The notes under the pieces: generated by a model
Database searches by the model: none
What the model was told of the DNA's origin: nothing
The model's input: only the letters and a program-made list of their open reading frames with translations
In this document: piece after piece, positions 8,153 through 16,779 of the stretch
Layout of the letters: each line of letters begins with the position of its first letter
Position numbering within the stretch: the first letter of the stretch is position 1
Source: Stappia stellulata DSM 5886
GTDB lineage: Bacteria; Pseudomonadota; Alphaproteobacteria; Rhizobiales; Stappiaceae
DNA: 24,000 nucleotides
NCBI RefSeq assembly: GCF_000423705.1
Contig: NZ_AUIM01000004.1
Coordinates: 638,587 to 662,586, forward strand
Direction of reading: 5' to 3'
Program-made: the position numbers and the translations under genes

Positions 8153-11100
8153 TTAGCTCAGCGTCTTTTCGACGTCAGTGAAGGTGTCCTCGAGCACGGC
8201 AATCAAATGGTCGGCGTCACGTTTCGAAAAGATCATCGGCGGGCGCATCTTGAGCACGTTGTCATGCGGCCCCTCCGTTCCCAGAAGCACGCCGCGGCGG
8301 CGGGCGCCGTTGGAGACGGCGCGGGCGAACTCCGTCGCCGGTGCCTTGCTCTTGCGGTCGGTCACCAGCTCGATGCCGAGGAAGAGACCAAGGCCGCGCA
8401 CGTCGCCAATCACCGCGTGGCGCGTTTGCATGTCGCGGAAAGCATCCATCAGGTAATTGCCGATGGTCAGCGCGTTGCCGCGCAGGTTTTCACTCTCGAT
8501 GACATCAAGAACGGCAAGACCGACAGCGGAAGACACCGGATTACCACCGAAGGTGTTGAAATATTCCATGCCGTTGTTGAAGCTCTCGGCGATCTCGCGG
8601 GTCGTCACCATGGCCGCCATTGGATGGCCATCGCCGATCGGCTTGCCCATGGTCACGATATCCGGCACGACACCTTGCGTTTCAAAGGCCCACCAATGGC
8701 TGCCGACGCGGCCGAAGCCGACCTGCACCTCGTCCGCAATACAGATACCGCCAGCCTCGCGCACGAGCCGATAGACCTCTTTCAGGTACCCTTCCGGCAG
8801 GAAGACCTGCCCGGCGACGCTCGGGATGGATTCGGCAATGAAGAACCCGGGCGCCTCGCCCTTTGCCTGCATGGCGGCGATCTGGTCGGCGACACTTTCG
8901 GCGAAACGCCTGCCGTGCTCTTCCCCGAACCAGTCCGCCGGAGCGCGGTAGCTGTCCGGGACGGCGGCGACATGGACATGCGGCTTCTGGCCAAGGCCGC
9001 CCTTGCGGCGAAACTTGTAGGGGCTGATGTCTACCAGCTCCTGCGTGGTGCCGTGATACGACCAGTCGAGCACGATTGCGTTTTCGCGCCCGGTATGCGC
9101 CCGCATCAGCCTGAGTGCCAGGCTGTTGGCCTCCGAGCCGCTGTTGACGAAGCCGGCAACCGTGAGGTCGTTCGGCAGGGTCGCCGTCAAGCGCTCCGCA
9201 TAGGCAACAATGTTGTCGTGCAGGTAGCGCGTATTGGTGTTCAGTGTGGCGGCCTGCTTTGACATCGCCTCCACCACGACCGGATGGGCGTGGCCGATGT
9301 GGCAGACGTTGTTGAAGCAATCGAGATACGCGCGCCCGCCGTCATCGACCAGCCAGACGCCCTCACCGCGCACGAACTTGATCGGCCGGTCGTAGGAGAT
9401 CGACAGGTTCGGCAACAACAGCTCACGCCGCATCTCGACGATTTCTGCGTGTGAGCGGCCATGTCGTTCGTAAAAATCCCCGGCGATACCGGCGAAGGTG
9501 CTGGCATCGGGGAAAATCTCGGTCCAGACATCGAGATAGCGCATCTCCCCCACACCGAGAATTTCTGCCGCGCTCAGGCTCGTATCGGTGCAAAGCTGAA
9601 GATGCAGATGCGGCGCCCAGCCGCCGTTTTCCCGGGGCGCGCCCATTTCGCCGACCAGAGCACCGGCTTCCAAGCGGTCGCCCGCTTTCAGGCGGTTCGT
9701 CGCCTCATGGGCGAGATGGCCCCAGAGGCTGATGAAGGGGACACAGCCTTCGGGCTCGTGACGCAGCGCGATCAGGCAGCCATAGCCCAGCGGGTCCGGT
9801 TCGATCTCGACGCTGACGACGGTCGCGGGAAGCGGCGTGTAGACCTCCGTGCCCGCGGCCATGAAGAGGTCGAGGCCAAGATGGCAGGTGCGGCGCGTCT
9901 TCTCGATGAAACGCGAGACGAACATTTGTCCCGTATAGACGGTGCGCTCCTCGCCGAAGGGCCCGATACCCAGTTCAATGCCGTTTTCGCGGCAATGGGC
10001 CTCCCAGACGGCCTGCGCCTCGTCCGGCTGCGCTGCGGCCGACTTGACGGTCATCGGATGCGCCGGATCGCCGTAGGGCACGAGCGCTGCGGGATAGGAT
10101 GCGGCCGGACGGACAAGCAGCGGCGCGAAGGATTTGCGGTTCGCGGCAATCCAGTCCGTGACAGCGCGCGCGCCGGACGTCGCCTCGAAGCCGCAGGCCT
10201 TGCGCAGGATGGCGGTTGCGAACCGCGGGTTCATCTGGTCGAGCTTCCGCAACAACGTCCAGGCGGGGCGTTCGCTGATCGCGAGATAGGGGTTGTCTTG
10301 CGTGTGACTGCGGCGTGACGCGGAGATCGTCACCGAGATGACCAGGCGGATGGCAATCAGGTCATAGAGAAGATCGAGCTCTTCTTCGAGCAGCGGATAC
10401 GCCTCGTGGAAGCCACGGGCAATGGCGGCCGCCGCGCCGATGGGGTCGTCATGGTCGAGACCGGCATAGGCCGCAGCGATGGCAACTTCCGCGATCAGCG
10501 GAGTGTAGAGCGCATCGCCAAAATCGATCAGGCCGGAGATGCGATCGTGATCGGCGGCATCGACCAGCACATTCCAATCGTTGGCGTCGTTGTGGATGAC
10601 GACAGCACGAAGCCCTGCGAGGCGCTGTTCGCGGGCCGAGAACCGCGCGAGGAAGCGCTCCAGCAGGGCGCGATCCTCGGGGGCGGAGATATGGTGCAGC
10701 CGCTCGACGGAAAGACCCGCCCGGCGGATATCCCAATCCATTTCACGCAGCGCGCCGGGGTGCATGAAGCCCTTCAACGCGACATTGAACCGGCCGAGCA
10801 GACGCCCGAGGCCTTCGAGCGCGGCATCGCTGCGGCCGGTTTCGGCGAGGGGCTGGCCGTCGACCCAACTGACGAGCCGAATGCGATGGCCGACGCCATC
10901 GGGGCTCGTCGTGCGGGCAAGGCTCTTGCCCGCAAGCGTTGGACGGATACGCGGCACCGGAAGATCGCCGGCATGGGTTTCGATATGCGAAAGCAGCGCG
11001 GTTTGAAAATCGCTCTCGATTTCCGGCTCGGCCGCATTGACGATCTTCAAGATGAAGGACCCGGCAGCCGTCTCCACCTTGAAATTCTGGTCGCGCTCGC

Positions 11101-11203
11101 TGGCAAGCGGCGACAACACACCGGACAGCCCATAGTGCTCTTTGAGATCCGCGGCTGCGGCGTCGATGGAGAAATCCGGGGTCGTCTTCAGCATGTCGGT
11201 CAT
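8153..11203 (-). CDS. Tri-domain fusion enzyme: APH-type kinase (hydroxylysine kinase / homoserine kinase II-like), M23 peptidase-like domain, and class-III PLP aminotransferase fold of the phospho-lyase type (ETNPPL/PHYKPL-like)
   Basis: The kinase motifs are [13 protein letters not shown] (codons near 10594) and LIDFGDA. The M23 motifs are HLGLD (near 9883) and [10 protein letters not shown] (near 9610). The aminotransferase motif is [43 protein letters not shown], with the PLP lysine codon at 8642-8644. The preferred start is the ATG at 11203 ([19 protein letters not shown]) rather than the ORF-track start at 11254. There is no signal peptide. Confidence 0.9.
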   Translation of the reverse strand: MTDMLKTTPDFSIDAAAADLKEHYGLSGVLSPLASERDQNFKVETAAGSFILKIVNAAEPEIESDFQTALLSHIETHAGDLPVPRIRPTLAGKSLARTTSPDGVGHRIRLVSWVDGQPLAETGRSDAALEGLGRLLGRFNVALKGFMHPGALREMDWDIRRAGLSVERLHHISAPEDRALLERFLARFSAREQRLAGLRAVVIHNDANDWNVLVDAADHDRISGLIDFGDALYTPLIAEVAIAAAYAGLDHDDPIGAAAAIARGFHEAYPLLEEELDLLYDLIAIRLVISVTISASRRSHTQDNPYLAISERPAWTLLRKLDQMNPRFATAILRKACGFEATSGARAVTDWIAANRKSFAPLLVRPAASYPAALVPYGDPAHPMTVKSAAAQPDEAQAVWEAHCRENGIELGIGPFGEERTVYTGQMFVSRFIEKTRRTCHLGLDLFMAAGTEVYTPLPATVVSVEIEPDPLGYGCLIALRHEPEGCVPFISLWGHLAHEATNRLKAGDRLEAGALVGEMGAPRENGGWAPHLHLQLCTDTSLSAAEILGVGEMRYLDVWTEIFPDASTFAGIAGDFYERHGRSHAEIVEMRRELLLPNLSISYDRPIKFVRGEGVWLVDDGGRAYLDCFNNVCHIGHAHPVVVEAMSKQAATLNTNTRYLHDNIVAYAERLTATLPNDLTVAGFVNSGSEANSLALRLMRAHTGRENAIVLDWSYHGTTQELVDISPYKFRRKGGLGQKPHVHVAAVPDSYRAPADWFGEEHGRRFAESVADQIAAMQAKGEAPGFFIAESIPSVAGQVFLPEGYLKEVYRLVREAGGICIADEVQVGFGRVGSHWWAFETQGVVPDIVTMGKPIGDGHPMAAMVTTREIAESFNNGMEYFNTFGGNPVSSAVGLAVLDVIESENLRGNALTIGNYLMDAFRDMQTRHAVIGDVRGLGLFLGIELVTDRKSKAPATEFARAVSNGARRRGVLLGTEGPHDNVLKMRPPMIFSKRDADHLIAVLEDTFTDVEKTLS

Positions 11204-11254
11204 GGCAGTCCTCTTCCCTGTGGAAAGAGTTACATGGACGGAGGGCAGGCACAT

Positions 11255-11280
11255 CCGGCATTATGCCGGTTATGCCGGCA
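11255..11280. promoter_or_regulatory. Candidate operator in the divergent fusion-gene/asnC promoter region
   Basis: CCGGCAT-T-ATGCCGG is a perfect 7+7 palindrome at 11255-11269. It overlaps a perfect tandem repeat TTATGCCGG x2 at 11261-11278 and ends in the palindrome TGCCGGCA. The site lies roughly midway between the two start codons at 11203 and 11331. Confidence 0.4.
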
Positions 11281-11330
11281 CTCTGTTTATTGTAACCGCC
11301 ATCTTGTCGGCGGCATGTCAGGAGACGCCC

Positions 11331-11765
11331 ATGCAGGACACGGATGCGATCGACCGGACCATCCTCAGCATCCTCTCGCGGGAAGCGCGCATTCCGATGA
11401 AGTCGCTTGCAGGACGGATAGGCCTGTCGCGAAGCGCGACCACCGAGCGGGTAAACCGGCTGGAACGGGCGGGCGTGATCCGTGGCTACCGCGCGGATAT
11501 CGGCCAGCTCGACGATGGGCAGATCCACGCCTTTCTGCTTCTCACCCTGAAGCGCACCCCCTCGCTCGATGTGCTCGACCACCTCGCGGGCTTCTCTGCA
11601 GTCCGAAAGGTATCCTCGGTCAGCGGTCAGCTCGATCTCGTTGTGGAGGTCGAGGTCGGCTCGATCAATGGGCTCAACGAATTGCGCGACGGGATTTCGG
11701 CGATGGACAACATCGAGGACCTGACAACCTCGATCGTCCTCCGCCGGGATATCGAGCGAAGCTAG
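11331..11765 (+). CDS. Lrp/AsnC-family transcriptional regulator
   Basis: MQDTDAIDRTILSILSREARIPMKSLAGRIGLSRSATTERVNRLERAGVIRGY is the canonical HTH_AsnC N-terminus, and it is followed by a RAM-type C-terminal domain. The SD is GGAGA 5 nt upstream. The upstream extension in the ORF track (from 11142) overlaps the opposite gene and is rejected. Confidence 0.9.
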   Translation: MQDTDAIDRTILSILSREARIPMKSLAGRIGLSRSATTERVNRLERAGVIRGYRADIGQLDDGQIHAFLLLTLKRTPSLDVLDHLAGFSAVRKVSSVSGQLDLVVEVEVGSINGLNELRDGISAMDNIEDLTTSIVLRRDIERS

Positions 11766-11868
11766 GAGGCAGACCCGGCCTCCGACGGGTCTCGCCGGGT
11801 TCCCCCTGACCTGCCCTTGACCTTTCATCCGGCAACAAAGCGGGCCGGCTGGGTTTTGTGCTAGGCCC

Positions 11869-13113
11869 TCAGAGGCTTGCCGCCTTCTTGATGGCGCGCC
11901 CGCCCTGCATGATCAGCGGCATGTGGGCCCCTTGTCCGGTCAGCAGGTCAAGGTTTTCAAGCGGGTTGCCTTCGACCGCGACGATGTCTGCATGGGCACC
12001 GGCGGCGATCACGCCAACTTCGCCTTCCATGCGCAGCACCCTGGCCGCATCCACCGTGGCCGAGCGGATTACCGCATCGGCCGGGATATAACGTCCGCGC
12101 AACGGAAATTCGCCAGACTGCTCGGTCTGCATGCCGCCCAGAAGATCCGAGCCATACCCCATGGTCACACCGGCCTCGTGCAGCTTGACCAAGCGCTCTA
12201 GCCCGGCTTCGCGCACGTCGGCAACCTTGGCCACGGACTCCGGCGGCAGGCCGAACTCGGCGCCGCGACGGGCCAGCAGATCGTAGGTAATGTTGGTCGG
12301 CACGACGAAAGCGCCTTCGCGCGCCACGCGCTTGATCGTCTCATCGCCGATCAGGTTGCCGTGCTCGATGCAGTCGATGCCGCAGTCAAGCGCACGCACG
12401 ATTGCCTTGTCGTCATAAAGATGCCCCGCAACATAGGTGCCGAAGCCCTTGGCGATTTCAACCAATGCCGCAAGCTCTTCGACCGAAAAGACAAGGTAGC
12501 CGATCGGGTCGGAGGGCGAAGAGACGCCGCCGTCGGCCATGACCTTCAGGAACTGCGCACCGCCCTTGAGTTCTTCGCGCGCCGCGCGCATCAGCTCGGG
12601 CTTGCCGTCGCAGATCCGGCCCAAAGTGCCGAGCGCCTGCGCGTACCAGCCGACATCGCGGTTGTCGTAGGGGCCGCGGTAGTCGGTGTGCCCCCCGGTC
12701 TGGGACAGGGCCTTGCCGCAGATCACCAGGCGGGGCGCGGTGAAGTAGCCCTCTTCCACGGCCTGCTGCAGGCCGCGATCCGCACCGCCCAGGTCTCGCA
12801 CGGTGGTGAAGCCGCGCATGATCATGTTCTTCATCAGCCTTGAGGACTTGGCGGCCACCAGCGAGGACGGCATGGCCGCGTTCTGACCGAGGTTCGCCGT
12901 GGTCGCAATGGTGTGGACGTGGCAATCGATCAGGCCCGGCATGACAGTCAGACCCGCAAGGTCCAGCTCTTCCCCGGCGGTGAAACGAACGGAGGCACCG
13001 ACTTCGCGGATGCGCCCGTCCTCGATGGCGATCTGCATCGGAGCGGTCGGTTCGGGCGCTGTGCCGTCCACGATGCGAGCGTTCTTGATCAACAGGGTGG
13101 TCATCGGGGTCAT
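11869..13113 (-). CDS. Cytosolic amidohydrolase-superfamily metallo-hydrolase (COG1228-like), paralog of 4796-6259
   Basis: Motifs are PGLIDCHVHT, GFTTVRDLGG and KALSQTGGHTDYRG. There is no signal peptide. The start is either 13113 (MTPMTT) or 13104 (MTTLLIK); the latter has better SD spacing. Confidence 0.85.
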   Translation of the reverse strand: MTPMTTLLIKNARIVDGTAPEPTAPMQIAIEDGRIREVGASVRFTAGEELDLAGLTVMPGLIDCHVHTIATTANLGQNAAMPSSLVAAKSSRLMKNMIMRGFTTVRDLGGADRGLQQAVEEGYFTAPRLVICGKALSQTGGHTDYRGPYDNRDVGWYAQALGTLGRICDGKPELMRAAREELKGGAQFLKVMADGGVSSPSDPIGYLVFSVEELAALVEIAKGFGTYVAGHLYDDKAIVRALDCGIDCIEHGNLIGDETIKRVAREGAFVVPTNITYDLLARRGAEFGLPPESVAKVADVREAGLERLVKLHEAGVTMGYGSDLLGGMQTEQSGEFPLRGRYIPADAVIRSATVDAARVLRMEGEVGVIAAGAHADIVAVEGNPLENLDLLTGQGAHMPLIMQGGRAIKKAASL

Positions 13114-13125
13114 CCTTTCAAAGGG

Positions 13126-13608
13126 TCAGATCAGCGCCGGCGCGAGGGTCTGCGCGACAAGGGTCATCTCGGCCAGATCCTCGCGGCCATAGGCGTCGCG
13201 CTCGGCGTTCAGCGAAAGCACACCGACGCAGCGACCGGCCCAGATCGCCGGTGCGCAGGCGCAAGCCTCGCAGCCCTTCGAGAGGATCAGTTCAGCATCG
13301 GGGAAAGCCCAGAGCACGTCCTCGCGGGAATTTCCGAGCCAGCTTTCCCCAGCGTCCAGAACGATCTTGCCCCACTCGGTCAGCCCCATGGGCTTGAGCG
13401 CACCCACCGGGTAATCCGATGCGGAGCTGTGCATCCGCATCACGTTTCCCGTGCCGGGGAGGTTCTTCAAAACCGTCAGAAACCGAAAGCCGAAGCGGTC
13501 TGCGCAGGCGTCCTGTACCGCGCGGAACAGGGCGTGGGGCTGATCGTGCCGCGCTTGCGCGGACAGCAACGCGGCAAGGTCAACGGGAGAAGTCATTGTC
13601 TTATCCAT
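13126..13608 (-). CDS. GAF domain-containing protein (stand-alone, ~160 aa)
   Basis: Size and pattern are typical of single-domain GAF proteins, for example CVGVLSLNAERDAYGREDLAEMTLVAQTL at the C-terminus. The start overlaps the dctM stop (13601-13608), which suggests translational coupling. The domain call is from recollection of the fold signature only. Confidence 0.6.
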   Translation of the reverse strand: MDKTMTSPVDLAALLSAQARHDQPHALFRAVQDACADRFGFRFLTVLKNLPGTGNVMRMHSSASDYPVGALKPMGLTEWGKIVLDAGESWLGNSREDVLWAFPDAELILSKGCEACACAPAIWAGRCVGVLSLNAERDAYGREDLAEMTLVAQTLAPALI

Positions 13609-14911
13609 AGAAGAAGTTCGGGAGCCACAGGGCGATGGACGGGAAGATCGCCAGCAGCGCCACCCCGACCAGCATCAGCGCGAAGAAAGGCAACGCGGCG
13701 CGGGCGACATAACCGATGGAGCGACCCGAAATGCCCTGCAGCACGAAGAGGTTGAAGCCGACCGGCGGGGTCACCTGTGCCATCTCGACCATCAGCACGA
13801 GGTAGACGCCGAACCAGATCGGGTCGAACCCCGCTTGCAGCGCCAGCGGCAGAGAGATCGGCAGGCTCATCACCACGATCGAGGTGCCATCAAGAAAGAA
13901 GCCGAGCCCGAGGTAGAAGAGCGAGAGCACGACCAGCAATCCCCAGGGCGGCAACTGCAGCGAGGCGATTCCTTTCGCGACATCCGCTGGAATATGCAGA
14001 TAGCCGATGGCGGTGGACATGAAGGCTGCGGTGATCAGGATCGAACAGACCATGGTCGAGGTCCGCAGCGCTCCCATAAGCGTATCGCGCAGCAACCCCA
14101 GCGACATCTGGCGCGTCACGGCGGCAAGGACGATGGCGGCGACAACCCCCACGGCCGCCGCTTCGGATGGGGTTGCGATACCGGAATAGATCGATCCCAG
14201 CACGATGGTCATCAGCCCCACCAACGGCGCCAGATTCCAGATCGCACGAAGGAAATCCATCGCACTGCGCTCTTCGCGCTGCGCGGGCACCAGCGCCGGA
14301 TTCAGCTTGGCTCGGATCATGATGTAGCCTGAGTAGAGCGCAGCGATCATCAGGCCGGGCAGCACGCCGGCGGCAAACAGGCGAGAGATCGACTGCTCGG
14401 CGAGGATACCGTAGACGATCATCACGATCGACGGCGGGATCAGCAGCCCGAGGCTACCGGCCCCCGCCAACGAGCCCAGCGAAAGGCGGTCATCGTAGTT
14501 GCGCCGGCCCAGTTCACGCGTGGTGATGCGGCCGACGGTGGCCGTGGTGGCGGGCGACGAGCCCGAAACTGCGGCAAACAGAGTACAGCCCAGCACGTTG
14601 GTGTGCAGCAGTCGGCCGGGGATGTAGTCGACAAAGGGCGACAGGCCCCGGAACAGCCTGGTCGAGATGTCGGTGCGGAAGATAATCTCCCCCATCCAGA
14701 TGAACATCGGAATGGCTGACAGCTCCCAGCTCGTGGAATAGCGGTAGATGATGCCCGCCGCGATCGAACCGATCCTCGACAGGTCCATCCCGTGCAGAAA
14801 GAACAGTGACGTGGTGGCAACCAGGGCAAGACTGACGAAGACCCAGACGCCAAGGCCGAGGAACAGCAGAAGGAAGGCCAGCGTCGCGGCCGCAGTTAGG
14901 AGCGTGTCCAT
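13601..14911 (-). CDS. dctM: TRAP transporter large permease subunit (DctM family)
   Basis: The protein is 436 aa and polytopic, with typical DctM blocks (FFLHGMDL, IPMFIWMGEI, LFAAVSGSSPATTATVG, PPSIVMIVYG). The SD is GGAGAG. Confidence 0.9.
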   Translation of the reverse strand: MDTLLTAAATLAFLLLFLGLGVWVFVSLALVATTSLFFLHGMDLSRIGSIAAGIIYRYSTSWELSAIPMFIWMGEIIFRTDISTRLFRGLSPFVDYIPGRLLHTNVLGCTLFAAVSGSSPATTATVGRITTRELGRRNYDDRLSLGSLAGAGSLGLLIPPSIVMIVYGILAEQSISRLFAAGVLPGLMIAALYSGYIMIRAKLNPALVPAQREERSAMDFLRAIWNLAPLVGLMTIVLGSIYSGIATPSEAAAVGVVAAIVLAAVTRQMSLGLLRDTLMGALRTSTMVCSILITAAFMSTAIGYLHIPADVAKGIASLQLPPWGLLVVLSLFYLGLGFFLDGTSIVVMSLPISLPLALQAGFDPIWFGVYLVLMVEMAQVTPPVGFNLFVLQGISGRSIGYVARAALPFFALMLVGVALLAIFPSIALWLPNFFYG

Positions 14912-14938
14912 GGCATCTCTCCAAAAGGGGACGGTGGC

Positions 14939-15463
14939 TTATTCGACGGGGGTAACCAGCGGCGTCCGCGGCGCGGGCGACGGATGCCCGGTGATATGGC
15001 GCAGACCGTGTGCAAGGGCGGCCAGCGAAAAGACGCAGAGCCCGACCATGATTGCCCCTTCAGGTATCCAGGTCGGAACGGCGGCCACAGAGGAGGAAAC
15101 GGTGCCCCGCGACCAGGCACGCGCCACGCGGATCCAGAACATCCAGGCGAGCCCGGCAGACATGGCGGCGGTGATCAATGCGGCGGCGGCCGTAAACAAC
15201 GCCCGCCCCCGTGCGGGCAGATGCTCAAGTACGATCCCGACGCGGATCAAGTCGCCATGTTCCAGCACATAGCCCAGCGACCAGATCACGCAGACACCGA
15301 TCCCGTAGCCGACAAACTCGTCGAGGACGAAGGTCGAGGTCGCGAAAAAGCTCCGCAGGATAATCTCGTATGCGATGTGCCCGACCATGTAGATCATCGC
15401 GCCTGCGGCAACCACGGCAGCCAGTCGCGACAGGAGGAACACACCGGAATAGAAGCGGGTCAT
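14939..15463 (-). CDS. dctQ: TRAP transporter small permease subunit (DctQ family)
   Basis: The protein is 174 aa from the ATG at 15463 (MTRFYSGVFLLSRLAAVV) and has four hydrophobic helices. It sits between dctP and dctM. The ORF-track N-terminal extension to 15601 overlaps dctP and is rejected. Confidence 0.8.
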   Translation of the reverse strand: MTRFYSGVFLLSRLAAVVAAGAMIYMVGHIAYEIILRSFFATSTFVLDEFVGYGIGVCVIWSLGYVLEHGDLIRVGIVLEHLPARGRALFTAAAALITAAMSAGLAWMFWIRVARAWSRGTVSSSVAAVPTWIPEGAIMVGLCVFSLAALAHGLRHITGHPSPAPRTPLVTPVE

Positions 15464-15540
15464 GCAGAGCTCCGGGGAGGAAAAGAGAAAAGAGGTGCGC
15501 GGACAGCAGGGAGACGCGGCCCGCGCCAGCCGGGAACGGA

Positions 15541-16518
15541 TTACCGGTTTTTGTAAGCATCCATGATGGATTGCGCGCGCTCGCCGGTGTTCGCGACCCA
15601 CTGGTCGATAAAGGGCTGGGCTGCGGCCGTCAGCGCGTCCGAGAACTCTGTCGGGATTTCCTCGGTCACGGTCATGCCGTTTTCACGCATGGTGTCGAAG
15701 TCCTTGGCGGTTGCATCCGACAGCAGGTTCCAGCCAAAGGCTTCGGCATCCGCAGCAGCTTCCTTGACGGCGGCCTGCTGCTCATCGTTCAGGTCGTTCC
15801 AGGCGTCACGGTTCAGATGGATCGCCTGCAGCGAGGAAGCATAGTTCACGTTGGTGAAGTTCGATTGCTCTTCCCACATCTGCACACCCACGCCGCCATT
15901 GGGCGAGGTCAGCACCGCGTCGATGGCATTGGTTGACAGCTGCGCGGGAACGTCGGCCCAGGAGATCTGGATCGGGAAGGCGCCCGCGTTCTTCATTGTT
16001 TCGGTTGAAGCGACGTCGTAGGTGCGAACCTTCACGCTCTCAAGATCCGCCGTCGCGGTGAAGGCCTTGTTCCCCCACAAGCCGGACGACGGCCACGGCG
16101 TTGCCAGCAGGAGCACCTGGTTGCTGTCTTCCAGAACCTTCGCGTACTCGGGCTTGGACAACCCATAAAGGTCATGAACGTCCTTGGTGGTGGGCGCGAG
16201 GAAAGGCAACGAGGAGAGCTGGAAGATCGGATCGATGCCGGTCCAGAACACAAACGCCGAGGACGCCGCCTGTAGCGCGCCATCGCCCACGGCATCGAAA
16301 TGGTCGACACTCTTGTAGCCAAGCGCGGCGCCATGGTGGACGGCAATTTCGATCTCGCCACCGGTCTTTTCGGTAACGGCATTGGCGAAGAACTCCGCGG
16401 TCCGCCCCTGCAGGGAGCCGGCCGGATATTCACTCGACAGGTCCCAGGTGGCGGACAGGGCTGGAGCGACGGCGAGGCCGAGGCCCGCGACGGTGCCAAG
16501 AAGCAATTTGATGGTCAT
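15541..16518 (-). CDS. dctP: TRAP transporter substrate-binding protein (DctP family)
   Basis: The protein is 325 aa with the signal peptide MTIKLLLGTVAGLGLAVAPALSA. It has DctP-type architecture, including the conserved Arg-containing strand VKVRTYD that binds carboxylate in characterised members. Confidence 0.88.
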   Translation of the reverse strand: MTIKLLLGTVAGLGLAVAPALSATWDLSSEYPAGSLQGRTAEFFANAVTEKTGGEIEIAVHHGAALGYKSVDHFDAVGDGALQAASSAFVFWTGIDPIFQLSSLPFLAPTTKDVHDLYGLSKPEYAKVLEDSNQVLLLATPWPSSGLWGNKAFTATADLESVKVRTYDVASTETMKNAGAFPIQISWADVPAQLSTNAIDAVLTSPNGGVGVQMWEEQSNFTNVNYASSLQAIHLNRDAWNDLNDEQQAAVKEAAADAEAFGWNLLSDATAKDFDTMRENGMTVTEEIPTEFSDALTAAAQPFIDQWVANTGERAQSIMDAYKNR

Positions 16519-16567
16519 GAATTCTTCCCCTTTGCAGCCCAGTACTACCGGGCGGTGTCACCAGCCC

Positions 16568-16640
16568 GTTCGTGAGGCCATAGCGACACCTTACGAACAG
16601 CGATGTCCGCATCATGCAATCAGGGGTGTTCGTAAATCAA
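16568..16640 (-). promoter_or_regulatory. Candidate promoter and operator cluster upstream of TRAP-1 dctP
   Basis: The inverted repeat GTTCGTGAGG-N11-CCTTACGAAC (16568-16598) matches at 9 of 10 positions. A third GTTCGTAA copy lies at 16628-16635. In minus-strand sense, TTGATT (16640-16635), an 18 nt spacer and CATGAT (16616-16611) form a sigma70-like promoter. The third copy sits in its spacer and the inverted repeat lies just downstream of the -10 element. Confidence 0.4.
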
Positions 16641-16753
16641 CCTTTGATTCGCAAAAGCTCTACGCGGCAAGCGAGAAGCCGGCAAAACACAATCACGCAA
16701 GAGACTGAAATGATTACACACTTCCGGCGCCGGGTTGACGAGAAAGTTTTTTT

Positions 16754-16779
16754 CAAAAGGGAGCACACGCGCCGCGTGT
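16754..16779 (-). terminator. Possible terminator hairpin after tetR
   Basis: In minus-strand sense, ACACGCG-G-CGCGTGT (16779-16765) follows the stop codon, then GCUCCCUUUUG. The stem is GC-rich, but the central loop is tiny, so the effective stem is shorter and the U-run is short. Confidence 0.3.

Noticed and set aside
8081-11828. Multiple long ORFs inside or antisense to the fusion gene and asnC (8081-9262 +, 8682-9320 -, 9461-10318 +, 10406-11809 +, 10743-11828 -)
   Set aside because: All overlap the uninterrupted 1016-codon frame that carries three well-defined domain signatures, or they overlap the AsnC frame. Their translations are Arg/Pro/Gly-rich with no motifs. These are typical high-GC alternative-frame artefacts.
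12361-13755. ORFs 12361-12843 +, 12458-12925 - and 12913-13755 +, overlapping the second amidohydrolase and GAF genes
   Set aside because: They are alternative-frame or antisense shadows of genes with clear family motifs. They lack SD sequences and recognisable domains.
13777-15936. Assorted 60-190-aa ORFs antisense or out of frame within the TRAP-1 genes (e.g. 13835-14332 +, 14748-15272 +, 14984-15556 +, 15370-15936 +)
   Set aside because: Their hydrophilic, Arg/His/Asp-rich translations mirror the hydrophobic DctM/DctQ frames. There is no independent support for them.
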